64,000 nucleotides of DNA from Eledone cirrhosa (Eukaryota), in NCBI GenBank assembly GCA_964016885.1, contig OZ024742.1:173972001-174036000 (forward strand), read 5' to 3'. The first letter of the stretch is position 1. Each line of letters starts with the position of its first letter. Both the position numbers and the translations under genes were made by a program. This document shows positions 1-13,939 of this stretch, piece by piece. The notes below the pieces were generated by a model that saw only the letters and a program-made list of their open reading frames with translations, had not been told where the DNA came from and made no database searches.

Positions 1-201
1 CATGCACTTCAATTGCAAGCACACTTCTTTAGTATGTTCCTTTCAGAATAACACTACAAGCAAATGAATATGTGGTAATGAAGAATCCTTGTTGGATAGT
101 TTATCAATATAGACGTAAGGGAAAGTCCCTCGTCTATTTACCATTTTCGTAAGTGAGAGGATAGGTACTCCATAGAATTATAACAAGTGAGTGGGTGTGT
201 G

Positions 202-634
202 TGTAGACAAGATAATAACCACAACAAGAGTTCTATTCAACAATGTAAATAAGGATGATGTTTATTTTGTCTATTATGTGTTTGTTATATTACAAATGAA
301 ACAACATACCAATATAGACGTGATCAGTTGAAATGAAGGCAACGTATTACGATTGTCGTGGGTCACCAATGTAACGCCCACGTCTGGGTCACCAATGTGA
401 CGGGACCAGTAAAGTGAAATTGGTTATGAGCCAGTACTCGGCCAACACTATCCTTGTGGTTTCGGCATAGGAGTTCAGTGTATTGACATCTGTGTGATGT
501 CGTGGTCCAAAGGCTGTCTCCGTGGCTTGTCTGAGAAAGTAATACTGCTGCTTACTTAAATAGTGTTCTCAACCAGGCGGAGACAACTAGGTCTGGTCCA
601 GTACCGACAGGGGGGCGTAAGGCGTCTTACTACA
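202..634 (-). mobile_element. Probable solo LTR (Gypsy/BEL-like)
   Basis: Termini TGTAG (202) ... CTACA (634). On the minus strand a TATA-like CTATTTAAG (~556-563) and an AATAAA ~60 nt before the 3' end. No target-site duplication found. Confidence 0.5.
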
Positions 635-684
635 AATATATAAGCCCAGCAAAAATGTGTTTCCTTTTGTTTTGGATGATATGC

Positions 685-733
685 ACACCTTCTGATGAGG
701 GTCTAATTAGGCCCCAAAATAGATTAAATGTGT
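685..733 (+). ncRNA. Degenerate minimal hammerhead ribozyme motif (Penelope-like terminus)
   Basis: ACACCTT-CTGATGA-GGGTCT/AATT/AGGCCC-C-AAAA (GAAA lost)-TAGATTA-AATGTGT. Stems I and II pair. Followed by ~75 nt and then (TA)n. Confidence 0.45.
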
Positions 734-809
734 TTATCATTTTATTCAATTTACAGGGAAATTTGTATTTTCTGGAATGTGTACATGCCTACGTATTACA
801 TATGGAAAT

Positions 810-933
<124 letters not shown>

Positions 934-1639
934 CGCACACACATTAATCCAGTCTCAGTTACCTTCTCTGTATAGACACAGATATAACTTTATTATCACT
1001 TCGGCAGCTAGCATAATTTGTAATAAATAAATATATATACGTATATATATATGTAGAAGGGACATATTAATAACTCATAACATTGCTTGTATCCATATAT
1101 AAAGATTTTGGCGGTGAATCAAGTGAATAGTCTAACATGACAGTTTGTAACACCATATGTTAATAACATATTTTATGTTGCAGAATTTGTTATTGAAAAA
1201 CTACAGAAAATGTTCTAAATCTGGAAGAATGTTCCATAGTTAATAGTTTAAAAGGTCAGCATTGCAAAGAACAAACTTTTAGTTGATAATAGAGACCACA
1301 GAATCTTAGTCCCATGTGAGAACTGGCTCTGCTTTACATGTTATTTAGATTCTCAGTTTGTTTTAACTATTATAGAGAACTTATGAATTTAGAGTAAAAT
1401 TTTCTGTCATTTTTTTGTCATCTTATTTCTAATTTGTTGTTAATTTAATTTTTCGAAGTCATCAGAATGTGGCCATGCTTTGTCAGTAAATTAAATGGCC
1501 TTAGTCAACCATATTTCTCCAGTACTTATTTTTCAATTTAGGAACTTATTCTATCAATCTCATTTTGTCAAAAACCTAAGTTACCGGATGCAAACACATA
1601 AAAAACATAAACACAGAGACACAACAACATACATAGCTA

Positions 1640-1987
1640 CATCATCATCATCATCATCATCATCAGCATCATCATCATTTTACGTCTGCTTTTCCCTGCT
1701 TTGAAGGGTGGGATGGGAACTCATTAAATTGGCTTGATTTCTACAGCTGGATGCCCTTCCTAACACCAACCTCATTTACAGTGAGTGCTGGGTGCTTTTT
1801 TGCCGTGGCACCTCCACGACCACTTTGCAGTGGAATTATATGGACCCCAGTCCCTATCATCTCATTTCTACAGCTGAGTAAACTGGAGCAATGTGAAATA
1901 AAGTGTCTTGCTCAAGGAAACAACACATCACCCGGTCTGAGAATTGAACTCACAACCTTTCGATTGCAAGGCCAATGCTCTAACCAC
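1640..1987 (-). mobile_element. tRNA-derived SINE family B (CORE-like centre, RTE-type tail)
   Basis: Minus strand: GTGGTTAGAGCATTGG..GAGTTCAATTCT (A/B-box like), CCTTGAGCAAGACACTT..CTGTAGAAATGAG centre, tail GGTTGGTGTTAGGAAGGGCATCCAGC..(GAT)n. Confidence 0.88.
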
Positions 1988-1998
1988 TCTAACCACAC

Positions 1999-3582
<1,584 letters not shown>

Positions 3583-3593
3583 TGTATATATAT

Positions 3594-4053
3594 TTTATGT
3601 CTGCTTTTCTCTGCTTGCAAGGGTGAGATGGGTCCTATTCAGCACAGCATCTCTCCACTTGTCATGGTCCTTCGTCATCTCCTCTATGAGCTTCAGTGAT
3701 CTGAGGTCTGCTCTCACCACCTCCGCCGATGTTTTTTGTAGACTTCCACTACTAATTCTTCCTTCAACTGGCATTTCTTCGCACTTCTTCACCCATCGGT
3801 CATCCTCCATGTGCATCACATGTCCATACGATCGCAGTCTCCTCTCTTGCACACTACATTCTATCCCTCTCATACACAGTTTCTCTCTCAACACATCCAT
3901 GCTCGGCCGTTCATGCACATTGACATGGCACATCCAACAGAGCATCCTTGCCTCATTTCTCTCCAGCCCTCGCATATCCTCTGCAGTTGATGCCCATGTC
4001 TCACTACCATGCAGCATCGCGCACCTCACACAGGCATCATATAACCGGCCTTT
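3594..4053 (-). mobile_element. RTE LINE 3' fragment (second subfamily)
   Basis: ORF 3595..4164 has [36 protein letters not shown], the typical RTE ORF2 C-terminus. Confidence 0.9.
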
Positions 4054-4225
4054 TGTAAATGTGGTTGGTGTTAAGAAGTGCATCCAGCTATAAAATAAAC
4101 TGCCAAAACGGTTCCATGCGAGCGAGACATTGTCTCCCGACCATTCCTGCATAAAATGGAACAAAACCGCCTAACCCATGCTAGCATGGAAGATGGACGT
4201 TAAACGATGATGATGATGATGATGA
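4054..4225 (+). mobile_element. RTE/SINE 3' tail fragment
   Basis: GTGGTTGGTGTTAAGAAG..AACCCATGCTAGCATGGAAGATGGACGTTAAAC(GAT)n; joined head-to-head with the preceding fragment. Confidence 0.8.
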
Positions 4226-4644
4226 TATATATATATATATATTAGAAAATATATAGCTTTCACCGTATTTTTGAATAAAGGAATTTTAGCTTGATAACAG
4301 GGTTTAGAACCCTCAGATAAATGGAAAAAGATGAGTATTGACGTACATATATATATATATATATATGTATACATATATATGTGTGTGTGTGTGTTGTGTA
4401 CCCCTGACTATATTTATGTTAGTGTCTTCGTGTTTATTTTCAACAAAAGTGATCAATAACATATGTACCAGGCATGAAAACACTAATTCTGTTTGACTAT
4501 TTCCTTTCCCAGGAGTGCCCTAGCATGACTGCAATCTAGTTGAAGCCAGGAAAAGAATAATAGAATAATTTAGAAGAAAAGATAAAATATTATTTGTTTT
4601 TATGAAAAAAAAGGGGGCGAATCTGAAATATATATATATATATA

Positions 4645-4962
4645 TCATCATCATAATCATCATTATTTTACGTCAGCTTTTCCCTGCTTGCAAGGGTGGG
4701 ACGGGAACTGATTCTGGCTTGATTTCTACAGCTGGATGCTCTTCCTAACACCAACCTCATTACAGTGCAACCTCAACGACCAATTGCAGTGGAATGATAG
4801 GCACCCCAGTCCCTATCATCTCATTTCTACAGCTGAGTAAGCTGGAGCAATGTGAAATAAAGTGTTTTGCTCAAGGAAACAACACATCACCCGATCTGAG
4901 AATTGAACTCACAACCTTTCGATTGCAAGGCCAATGCTCTAACTACTAAGCCATGTGCCTCC
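4645..4962 (-). mobile_element. SINE family B
   Basis: Same head, centre and tail as 1640-1987; begins GGAGGCACATGGCTTAGTAGTTAGAG on the minus strand. Confidence 0.88.
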
Positions 4963-5002
4963 ATGACTGCATATATATATATACATATATATATAAAGAA
5001 AT

Positions 5003-5268
5003 AATTGTTTCTACTTTTAGCACAAGGCCAGCAATTAACCAGTGCTTTACTGGTACTTTATTTTATCGACCCTGTAAGGATGAAAGGCAAAGTTAACCTC
5101 GGCGGGATTTGAACTCAAAATGGCAAGGACCGTAACACTATACGTCAAAGCATGGCGTCCGACCCTCTACCAATACTGCCAATCCACCGCCCTCTCTAAA
5201 GAAATAATTGTTTCTACTTTTGGCACAAGGCCAGCAATTATCCAGTGCATTACTGGTACTTTATTTTG
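5003..5268 (-). mobile_element. tRNA-derived SINE family A (full copy 5003-5191 plus a 3' fragment)
   Basis: Minus strand: GGCGGTGGATTGGCAGTATTGG (A box), GAGTTCAAATCC (B box), GCCTTTCATCCTT..GTCGATAAAATAAAGTACCAG centre, end AGAAACAATTATT. TAAAGAAATAAT is duplicated on both sides. Confidence 0.88.
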
Positions 5269-6140
5269 TGTGGTAGGATCTATTAATTTTGCCACAATAT
5301 ATTTCTGAGGCAGAGAATTGACAGAGTCATTAAAACAGCTAGAATGCTTTGCAATATACATTCCAACTCTCTGCACAACCTGGATTAAAACCCCACTGAT
5401 TTCAACTTTGCTTTTCATCCTTTCGAGGTTGATAGATAAACTATCAGTACAGTACTGGGATCAATTATATCTTTCTATCTCTTTTTCACTTCCACTCTAT
5501 TTCTATGTAAAAAAATGGCTATGTACAGACTTAGTGAGGGGATGGTTTCTGTGAGGTTTAAAGTACCCAAGATATGCTGTCTGTCACAATGGTGAGCCTA
5601 CAAATCCATCAGGAGTTACAGGTACATACATATATACATGATGGCTGCACCCTCGTTATCGAGTATGGTCATTGCACGTTATACCATTATTAATAATTAT
5701 TAATTAATTCTATTGTGTAATGAAGATATTTTTTAAAGTGAGGAAAAACTGTTAACTGAGCCAATCCCACTCTCTGAGCGACAGTAGCTATAACTCGAAA
5801 AGAAGAAAAGATCAACATCATCGATAACTACTGAGCCACAGGTTTTATATCGGACTCATCCCAGTTTCCTGAGTCGCCTTCTAGAAGAATGCCCTGACAA
5901 AGGCTAGGGGCCCTTCACTCCCAGTGGTTTAACCGTGCGATCGGGTGTCCAGCCCGACTTTTTCTATGTCCCCATGCATATACATACACATGCACCCATG
6001 TATATACACATATACATATACATACATACATACTTCTGGTTTGATCATATTGGATTTTATATGCAGGTATACAAAGAAATGATCAAATTCCTTCTTTTTC
6101 TTATTAAGATGATAACATTATTAAATGTCTGAATTAATCA

Positions 6141-7805
6141 CGCCGAGGTTCACTTTGCCTTTCATCCTTACGAGGTCGATAAAATAAAGTACCAGTAATG
6201 TACTGGGTAATTGCTGGCCTTGTGCCAAAAGTAGAAACAATTAGTAAATGTCTGAAGAAAGGAATATTTCTCGTATTATAATTTATTATTATCAAATAAT
6301 CATGAAATAGTATAAAGGTGCCTAGTCTAATAATTACATTGCTGGACTTATAATGATGATGTAGGTTAAATACTTTGACCAGGCAGTGAATTGTGTTCTT
6401 GAGCAAAACACTTCAGTTCACATTGCTCCAGTATACTCAGCTGAAAATGAGTACTAACAGCAGTTGGGGTTAACAGTGGGATGGACTGGCATCCTGTCCT
6501 GGGTATAGTTTTCTAATCTCAGTCACTTAATGCATATGAAAATAGTTTAAGCTCATTATTATGACTTGAGACACATTTAACTTCTTTTCTTAATAAACAT
6601 CCAGAGTGGAGGATTGGTAGTGTCTTTAGAGCTCCTGACAAAATGATTTGTGGTATTTGTCCATATCTTTATGCTCTCAGTTCAAATCCTACTAAGGTTA
6701 AATTTATCTTACATTTTTCCTGTGTCAATAAAATAAAGTACCAATCAACTACTGTGCTCAAATTAATTGACTTTCTCACGCACTTCCTTCAAATTGGTGG
6801 TCTTATGCCTACATTTGAAACCATTATCTAATAGGGCGGTGGATTGGCAGTATCGGTAGAGGGTCGGACACCATGCTTTGATGCATAGAGTTACGGCCCT
6901 TATCATTCTGAGTTCAAATCCCGCCGCGGTTAACTTTGCCTTTCATCCTTACGGGCTCGATAAAATAAAGTGCCAGTAATGTACTGGGTAATTGCTGGCC
7001 TTGTGCCAAAAGTAGAAACAATTAGTAAATGTCTGAAGAAAGGAATATTTCTCGTATTATAATTTATTATTATCAAATAATCATGAAATAGTATAAAGGT
7101 GCCTAGTCTAATAATTACATTGCTGGACTTATAATGATGATGTAGGTTAAATACTTTGACCAGGCAGTGAATTGTGTTCTTGAGCAAAACACTTCAGTTC
7201 ACATTGCTCCAGTATACTCAGCTGAAAATGAGTACTAACAGCAGTTGGGGTTAACAGTGGGATGGACTGGCATCCTGTCCTGGGTATAGTTTTCTAATCT
7301 CAGTCACTTAATGCATATGAAAATAGTTTAAGCTCATTATTATGACTTGAGACACATTTAACTTCTTTTCTTAATAAACATCCAGAGTGGAGGATTGGTA
7401 GTGTCTTTAGAGCTCCTGACAAAATGCTTTGTGGTATTTGTCCATATCTTTATGCTCTCAGTTCAAATCCTACTAAGGTTAAATTTATCTTACATTTTTC
7501 CTGTGTCAATAAAATAAAGTACCAATCAACTACTGTGCTCAAATTAATTGACTTTCTCACGCACTTCCTTCAAATTGGTGGTCTTATGCCTACATTTGAA
7601 ACCATTATCTAATAGGGCGGTGGATTGGCAGTATCGGTAGAGGGTCGGACACCATGCTTTGATGCATAGAGTTACGGCCCTTATCATTCTGAGTTCAAAT
7701 CCCGCCGCGGTTAACTTTGCCTTTCATCCTTACGGGCTCGATAAAATAAAGTACCAGTAATGTACTGGGTAATTGCTGGCCTTGTGCCAAAAGTAGAAAC
7801 AATTA
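6141..7805. repeat. 781-bp tandem duplication (~2.1 copies) bounded by SINE-A copies
   Basis: 6141 aligns with 6922 and 7703. ORFs at 6643 and 7424 are identical except one residue. SINE-A (+) at ~6141-6242, ~6834-7023 and ~7615-7804. Confidence 0.95.
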
Positions 7806-8671
7806 TGTAATAGTTGCTATATAAACACTAATATGCACATATCTGTCAATACAGGAAAGTTCATGCCATTACATTAACATCTCCAGTAGCAGTAGTAGTA
7901 CAGAATTTAACTAATCAAATCACATGTCTGAATTTGTAGAACCAGCAAACCAATTGGTAAATAAACAGTTAAATGAATAGACATAAAGTATTTTTTGTTT
8001 TGGTTTTCACATACTAAAAGCAAATATGAACAACAGAGAAAACAAACTAAACTAAATAAGAAAGAGATATGTTATATGCTGTTAAGTATATTGAGAATAG
8101 TAATGTTGATGGCCAGCTTCCTGTGACTGAATCTGAAAGTGAAAGTAGAAATGAAAAAAAAAAGGGAAAAAGAAATTTAAAAAGAGTAAAAAAAAAGCTT
8201 CAATTGTCAGTTGAGATGTACTCATTACGAGTAATGTTACAAGAAGTTGAGGACTTAATACAAAACAATAGCTCATTATCAGTATTGAGGTGAAATAACA
8301 TTCATTGCATGTCACATAAGATTGATTTGTTTGTTTTTTACATGGGATTCACAATATTTCTTTCACACGCAAGAAATACACTGATAATTATTTTACAATG
8401 TAATTGTTGTTATGGTTGTTGTTCTTCTTCTTGCAATTCCTGTGTATTTATTTGTTTGTTTGCTTTATTTTGTTATTTGTGATTCTTTGGTTTGGAAATG
8501 AAACCTCATTCTGATCTAATTTATTTACAAAAGCAAAACAGAAGAAAAACTAAGCTGGCTTAGTGGTAGTAAAACTGTATTTACTAAGCTAGTATAAGCT
8601 GACTTGTTGGCTTCAATTCATGGCTATTCTTCACCCCACAAGACATTTAATATACATAAACATATATATAT

Positions 8672-9126
8672 ATCATCATCATCATCATCATCATCGTTTA
8701 ACGTCCATCTTCCACGCTTGCATGGGTTTAGAGGGGAATTTTCCCACTTGAGGCAAGATTGGTTGACTTGCTCGTATAGGACTGTCTGGCAGGTTTTCTA
8801 TGGCTGGATGCCCTTCCTAACACCAACCACGTTTACAGTGTGGACTGGGAGGTTTTTACCGTGTTACCTACACGGCCACATTACAGCGTGGACTGTGTGT
8901 TTTTTTTTGTTGTGACACCTACACAACCTCATTTGTTTCGGCCTGGATGTTGTGGTACCAACATAACTTTACATTGAAAGGGGTGATGTGGATGGAGTGG
9001 GGGTTGTGGGACGGGGGTGTATTTTTGTTAGAGGTGCCTATTGACTGTAGGTTTCGCTTTGACTTAGGCAAGGCAGGTCTGTATTACTGTGTAGCGCCAA
9101 AGATCTCGGTCCAGTGACATTGTCTT
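8672..9126 (-). mobile_element. RTE LINE 3' end (PHD-RTE family)
   Basis: Matches 13940-14400 (3' UTR and last codons); (GAT)n tail; both ends touch TA-rich sequence. Confidence 0.9.
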
Positions 9127-9161
9127 ATATAAATATATAAATATATATATATACATATATA

Positions 9162-9334
9162 TCATCATCATCATCATTATCGTTTAATGTCCATCTTCCA
9201 CCCTAGCATGGGTTAGACAGGATTGTCCCACTTGAGGCAAGATTGGTCGGGTGACCATGTCTCACTTGTATAGAACTGTATAAGCAGGCTTTCTACGGCT
9301 GGATGCCTTTCCTAACACCAACCACATTTACAGT
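9162..9334 (-). mobile_element. RTE 3' tail fragment
   Basis: GGTTGGTGTTAGGAAAGGCATCCAGCC..GGACATTAAAC(GAT)n on the minus strand. Confidence 0.75.
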
Positions 9335-9559
9335 ATATATGCAAGCATGGAAGAATTGTCGCTAAACAGAAATGATGATGAATGCTGATGTATATCTTTT
9401 AGGGTTACCACATGATTCATGAACTGAGTGATATGTTTTTTGACAGAATGTCTGAAGATTTTTTTATGGTTCAGGAAATGGCTTTTGAACTCAAACATTC
9501 CTATATAGGTCCAGGCTTCAGTTTAGTTGTTCTGGTTATTTGAGGGCACTTTTACTTCA

Positions 9560-9735
9560 TATATTCCATATTGTATGAATTTGTTTCCTATATCGTTTCT
9601 TAGTGGAATGACTTCACAGATAAAATTTCAATTCAGTCTTATTTAATTTCTTCGTCCAGTTGGTTCTTGCCTCATTCCTTCTTCTTCCTTCAACATTACC
9701 AATATTTGGATGACAGCCAGATCCTACTACTGAGA
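9560..9735 (-). mobile_element. Decayed R4/Dong 5' ORF fragment
   Basis: Reverse complement (..GAAGAAGAAGG..AGAACCAACTGGACGAAGAAATTAAATAAGACTG..TATAGGAAA) resembles 53570-53735. Confidence 0.65.
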
Positions 9736-9950
9736 CAGGGAGCACTTGCTGTGTGGGAGTACTTCACATGCAACTCCAGCCTCCTTTTATATGAACTACT
9801 TAGGTTTGACATTTAAGCACTCATAAAGAGGATTAATGAATTCAACATTGCACTAACATCACTGGATTTTTGATAAGGTATATATGATAGTTATCATTAT
9901 TACCAATAAACATTGTATACAGTGTATATATATATATATATAATTGTAAT

Positions 9951-10230
9951 AATTGTTTTTACATTTGGCACAAGGCCAGCAATTACCCAGACTGGTACTT
10001 TATTTTATCGACTCCGTGAGGATGAAAGGCAAAGTTAATCTCAAAGGGATTTGAACTCAAACCGTAAAGGGACGTAACTATGCTAGAAAGCATGGCGTCC
10101 AACCCTCTACTGATACTGCCAATTCACTGTTGTAATAATTGTTTCTACTTTAGGCACAAGGCCAGCAATCACCCAGTACATTACTGGTACTTTATTTTAT
10201 CGACCTCGTAAGGATGAAAGGCAAAGTCAA
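9951..10230 (-). mobile_element. Two adjacent SINE-A copies (second is 5'-truncated)
   Basis: Family consensus match. The second copy is flanked by the duplication ACTGTTGTAATAAT. Confidence 0.88.
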
Positions 10231-10560
10231 CTGTTGTAATAATATTGCCAGAAATAATAACAGAACACACTTACTGTTTGGTTGGTTTTCGCTTCTGTAT
10301 CTTTTATATCGCCATAGTTAATTTATTTGGCAATCAATGTTTATCATTGATTGATCAACAGTTAAAAATACAGATATAAATATATATATATATATAGTCT
10401 ATCAAAGTTCTTTCCTTGCACATCTTCAACATCATCAGTAGTACTATTATTATGTTCCCTCCTATTGTATTGTGTATGTGTTCGCGTTTGAGTGTATGTG
10501 TTTTGTATAACAATATTTGTTTCGACACACGAATTCATATAAAAACTTGCAAAACAAATA

Positions 10561-10904
10561 TGGGATGACAAATTATTGTTATAGGTAATCCAGTTAGAGG
10601 TTGTGAGTACTCTGTATTATGGATAGCTTTAACGTAGGGTGTTGTTTGACTCAACAAGAGTTTTCCTTAGTTAGGTGGCAAGTTTACGGGAATTCTTATG
10701 CAGGTTAATCTTGGAGTAATAATAGTGAAAGAGTGAAGAATAACATGGCCAACAGTACAAAAAGGGTTTTATTTACAGTATTAACAATTGTTTCATTGAT
10801 TAGGATGTCTAAAGGTTGCTAATCACTCAAAGTTGTGTCACTCAAGCTTAAATACAGTGTATGCCTAATCAAATCATCGGAATAATTATTCTTCACTCTT
10901 TCAC

Positions 10905-10906
<2 letters not shown>
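10561..10906 (-). mobile_element. Hammerhead-bearing fold-back element (Penelope-like terminus), short-arm copy
   Basis: Homologous to 23060-23563. 21-bp inverted repeat 10723-10743/10886-10906. Minus-strand motif 10779-10884: TATT-CCGATGA-TTTGATTAGG...CCTAATCAAT-GAAA-CAATTG-TT-AATA. Confidence 0.7.
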
Positions 10907-10935
<29 letters not shown>

Positions 10936-11623
10936 TACTACTTTATTGATCAGAAAGATGTTATAATTTAGAATTTTAACCTCCATCTTCATTATAGTTT
11001 GGAGGTGTCTACAGTCACATACATAAAACGCTCTACTTCCTGACATCATATTTTTGAGACAATATCTTGAGAGATACCTTGACATATTTCCTTACTGTAT
11101 CTTTATTTATTGCATACCAATTTTTCGAACGGTATTTCTTTAAAACAAGGTATTAATTTAAATGCACTATAGCTAATATAGCTTTCACAATCTCATTCAA
11201 ATTCATCTAACTCATTTTAAATCCTCAATATCTTCTATCACAAATTACTTTTTCATAACACCCTGTCCTCCTAATTCCATTTCAGTTTCCAGTTTTGTGA
11301 CATTGATCTACAATAATTTAAAATAACTCTAATTAGAAAAGAAATGTTCGATATAATCAATTTATATTTTTAGCATTGATTTGAAATTTATCTATGCAGT
11401 TAATTTTAAATTTTGTCCATAATGCATTCTAATAAACAAAAATATAGTTGTAAGCATATCTGAAGAGAAAGGACATTTATTTTATCTTCAATATGTTCTG
11501 GGCTTGGTGTCACTGTATAGTCTTCAAGGCCTTGTATTTTTATCATGATGTAAGAAGCATCGCTGAAGAATTAAAAAATGTATTGTATAATCTGATGCAG
11601 CAAGAATGCTCATTTACCATAAA

Positions 11624-11806
11624 CAGGTAAAATTCTGTTATAACGAATACTATTATAACAAATTTTTCAGTGTAACATATTTTTTTTCAATCCCCCGAGT
11701 CAATAGCAGATGCTTTATTTGTTTAAGTCGATCTCATTATAAAGAAATTTTTGTTACAACAATTTTTTTTATAACCCATGAATTTTTTTATAATGGAATT
11801 TCACTG
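11624..11806. mobile_element. Tc1/mariner (Tigger/pogo-like) MITE
   Basis: Imperfect TIRs CAGGTAAAATTCTGTTATAA / TTATAATGGAATTTCACTG followed by TA; internal TATAAC subrepeats. Confidence 0.62.
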
Positions 11807-13939
11807 TATGCTATATAAGCTGAGAAATATGTGACAAATAAATTAATAGTGATATGTGGTTGACTTATATTCAAGGTCAATATTTCACCTGCTTTCAACA
11901 ACTTCAAAATTCTAGGTAAATGAGGTGCTAAAGTTTTTCCCCTTTGGAAGTGAATTATCATTTTAAATGTGACTATTACACTTGTTTCATTTTCAACATA
12001 ATCTCATACTTTCTATAGTTTTTTTTTATATGTTTTAAATAAATATGGCCTTCAAAATGGTCGGAAATTTGGTAAAAAAAATCATTACACAATGGAGTTA
12101 TGAAACAAAAACTATACTCTAAATGACGCTTAAAACATTTTAAGTATCAAAATATTAAATCTTCATAAGGATTTCAAATCCGCACCAGTTTAACATCATG
12201 TGTCAATTACCTGCTTTGGCTTATCAATGCGGTTTGGAATTTTGCCTATTTCTCAGACATAGAATACGGGGTTGGCTTATATTTGGATCAGTTTATATTT
12301 GATTATAGATGGTTATGCAATTTGGCGAACAATTCTGTAGTTGTTGAATTCACCAAAGAGAAAAGAACTGATTATCAGATTAGACCAAGGAAACCATGTT
12401 TCTTTTGGTCTTCCCATTGCTGATACTATCCAACAGTAGTAAACACTGGCAGAACAGAGCAGGATTTGAACTCAAAATATACAGGCCCAAGTTTACTATC
12501 TAATTCTTTAACAATTCTGCCAATCTACAGCTTCTGGACTGGTACTTATATATTGGCCCAAATGGAAGAAAAGCAACGTTGGTTTTGGTGATGAATGAAC
12601 ACAGAGTTCAGTTATCCAGTTAAATGGTCGTTCATGCACAGATATGTCTGGTATGCTATGGACTATTCAAAGACAAGATGGTTGATTTGGCAGAGTCAGT
12701 AGAGCGCAGGATATTTTTGGCAGGTCTCTGTGTTCCAAATTCAAATCCTGCTGAAATCCACTTTCCCTTTCATCATTTTGGGATCAATAAAGAAAGCATC
12801 AGTCCAGTGCTGCTGTAGCCTTTATTTTCCCAGGTGCCACATATATGGTGTTCCACTGGATCAAATCAAAGACTGTTGAGAAGATATATGTGTCTGCTTA
12901 TGAATATAATATCACTTAGCACCTTTATTGAAATTACGGGGGTTAACACAAAATCATATTCAATTGCCACTAACAGCTGTAGATTCCATTCAAGATAATA
13001 TATGATTGTGACCAAGATATGATTATCTAAACAATTCTTAAAAGAAAACAGATCTAAGAAGGACATCAAAACTCATTCAATTGTTTATGCACACACACAC
13101 ACATATGCATATATATATACGCATATACATACACTCAAATGTTCATGCATATATACATACATACATAAATGCATACATATATACATACATAAATACATAT
13201 ACATGCAAACATATAATACTTATGTAGTCTTATTTTTTCTCAAAAAAGTATTACAATTAGGACAGATTCTATAAAACAATTACGTAGTTTTCATTTTGAG
13301 CGCTGGTTGAAATAGAAAATATCATATGTCTATTTTTACAATAGCATAGCTCATAGTAAATACACTTCAATTGTCTTTCATCTGTATTGTCAAGAGAACC
13401 AACTCTATAATTACTCTAATGATGAACTTGTTTGTATTGTAACCATGGGGACACCAATTTACAGCATGGCAAGCTTACATATTAAATATGGGCCACATTC
13501 TTTAGTAAATATGATCAAAGTCTGAATTACATGTGTTATATATAATGACAAATTACTATCATCGAAGGTGGGTAATATTAAATTATTGAACAATTATATT
13601 TGTAGCTATTGTTTGAATTACAAAAATATAAAAGAAAATACTATTTTAAATCAATATTCTATAGGTTTCTCTTTGTTACATTTCCTAATCTATATATATT
13701 TGTTATTTCAATAGTGTTCTATATATTTCACAGCCATAGTATTTCAATATCAGTATTTGATAAATGCCGAGTAAACAGCTGATAAGGTGGTGGATTGACA
13801 AAGTTGTCTGAATGTTGGATAGAATGCTTTGCATTATTCAACCTGTTTTGTGTGGTCTGTGTTCAAATCCCACTAAGATCAATCTTACATTTCTTTCTCT
13901 CAATACTGGGACTAATTCTCTCACTCTCTCTCTATATAT

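Noticed and set aside
1184-1254. Exon-like segment (TTTTATGTTGCAG..AAG|GTCAGC)
   Set aside because: Stops in all three frames, weak donor, no supporting homology.
5890-5912. CTGACAA-AGGC-TAGGG-GCC, partial hammerhead
   Set aside because: No GAAA, stem III or stem I partner follows.
8069-8293. 74-aa charged ORF ending near GAG|GTGAAA
   Set aside because: No recognisable family, no clean in-frame acceptor, low complexity.
9403-9543. Short open frame after TCTTTTAG (GYHMIHELSDMFFDRM..)
   Set aside because: Length expected by chance; no convincing donor or homology.
12265-12315. Possible pogo-like TIR remnant (GGCTTATA..TTATA..GGT)
   Set aside because: Highly degenerate and no partner TIR found.
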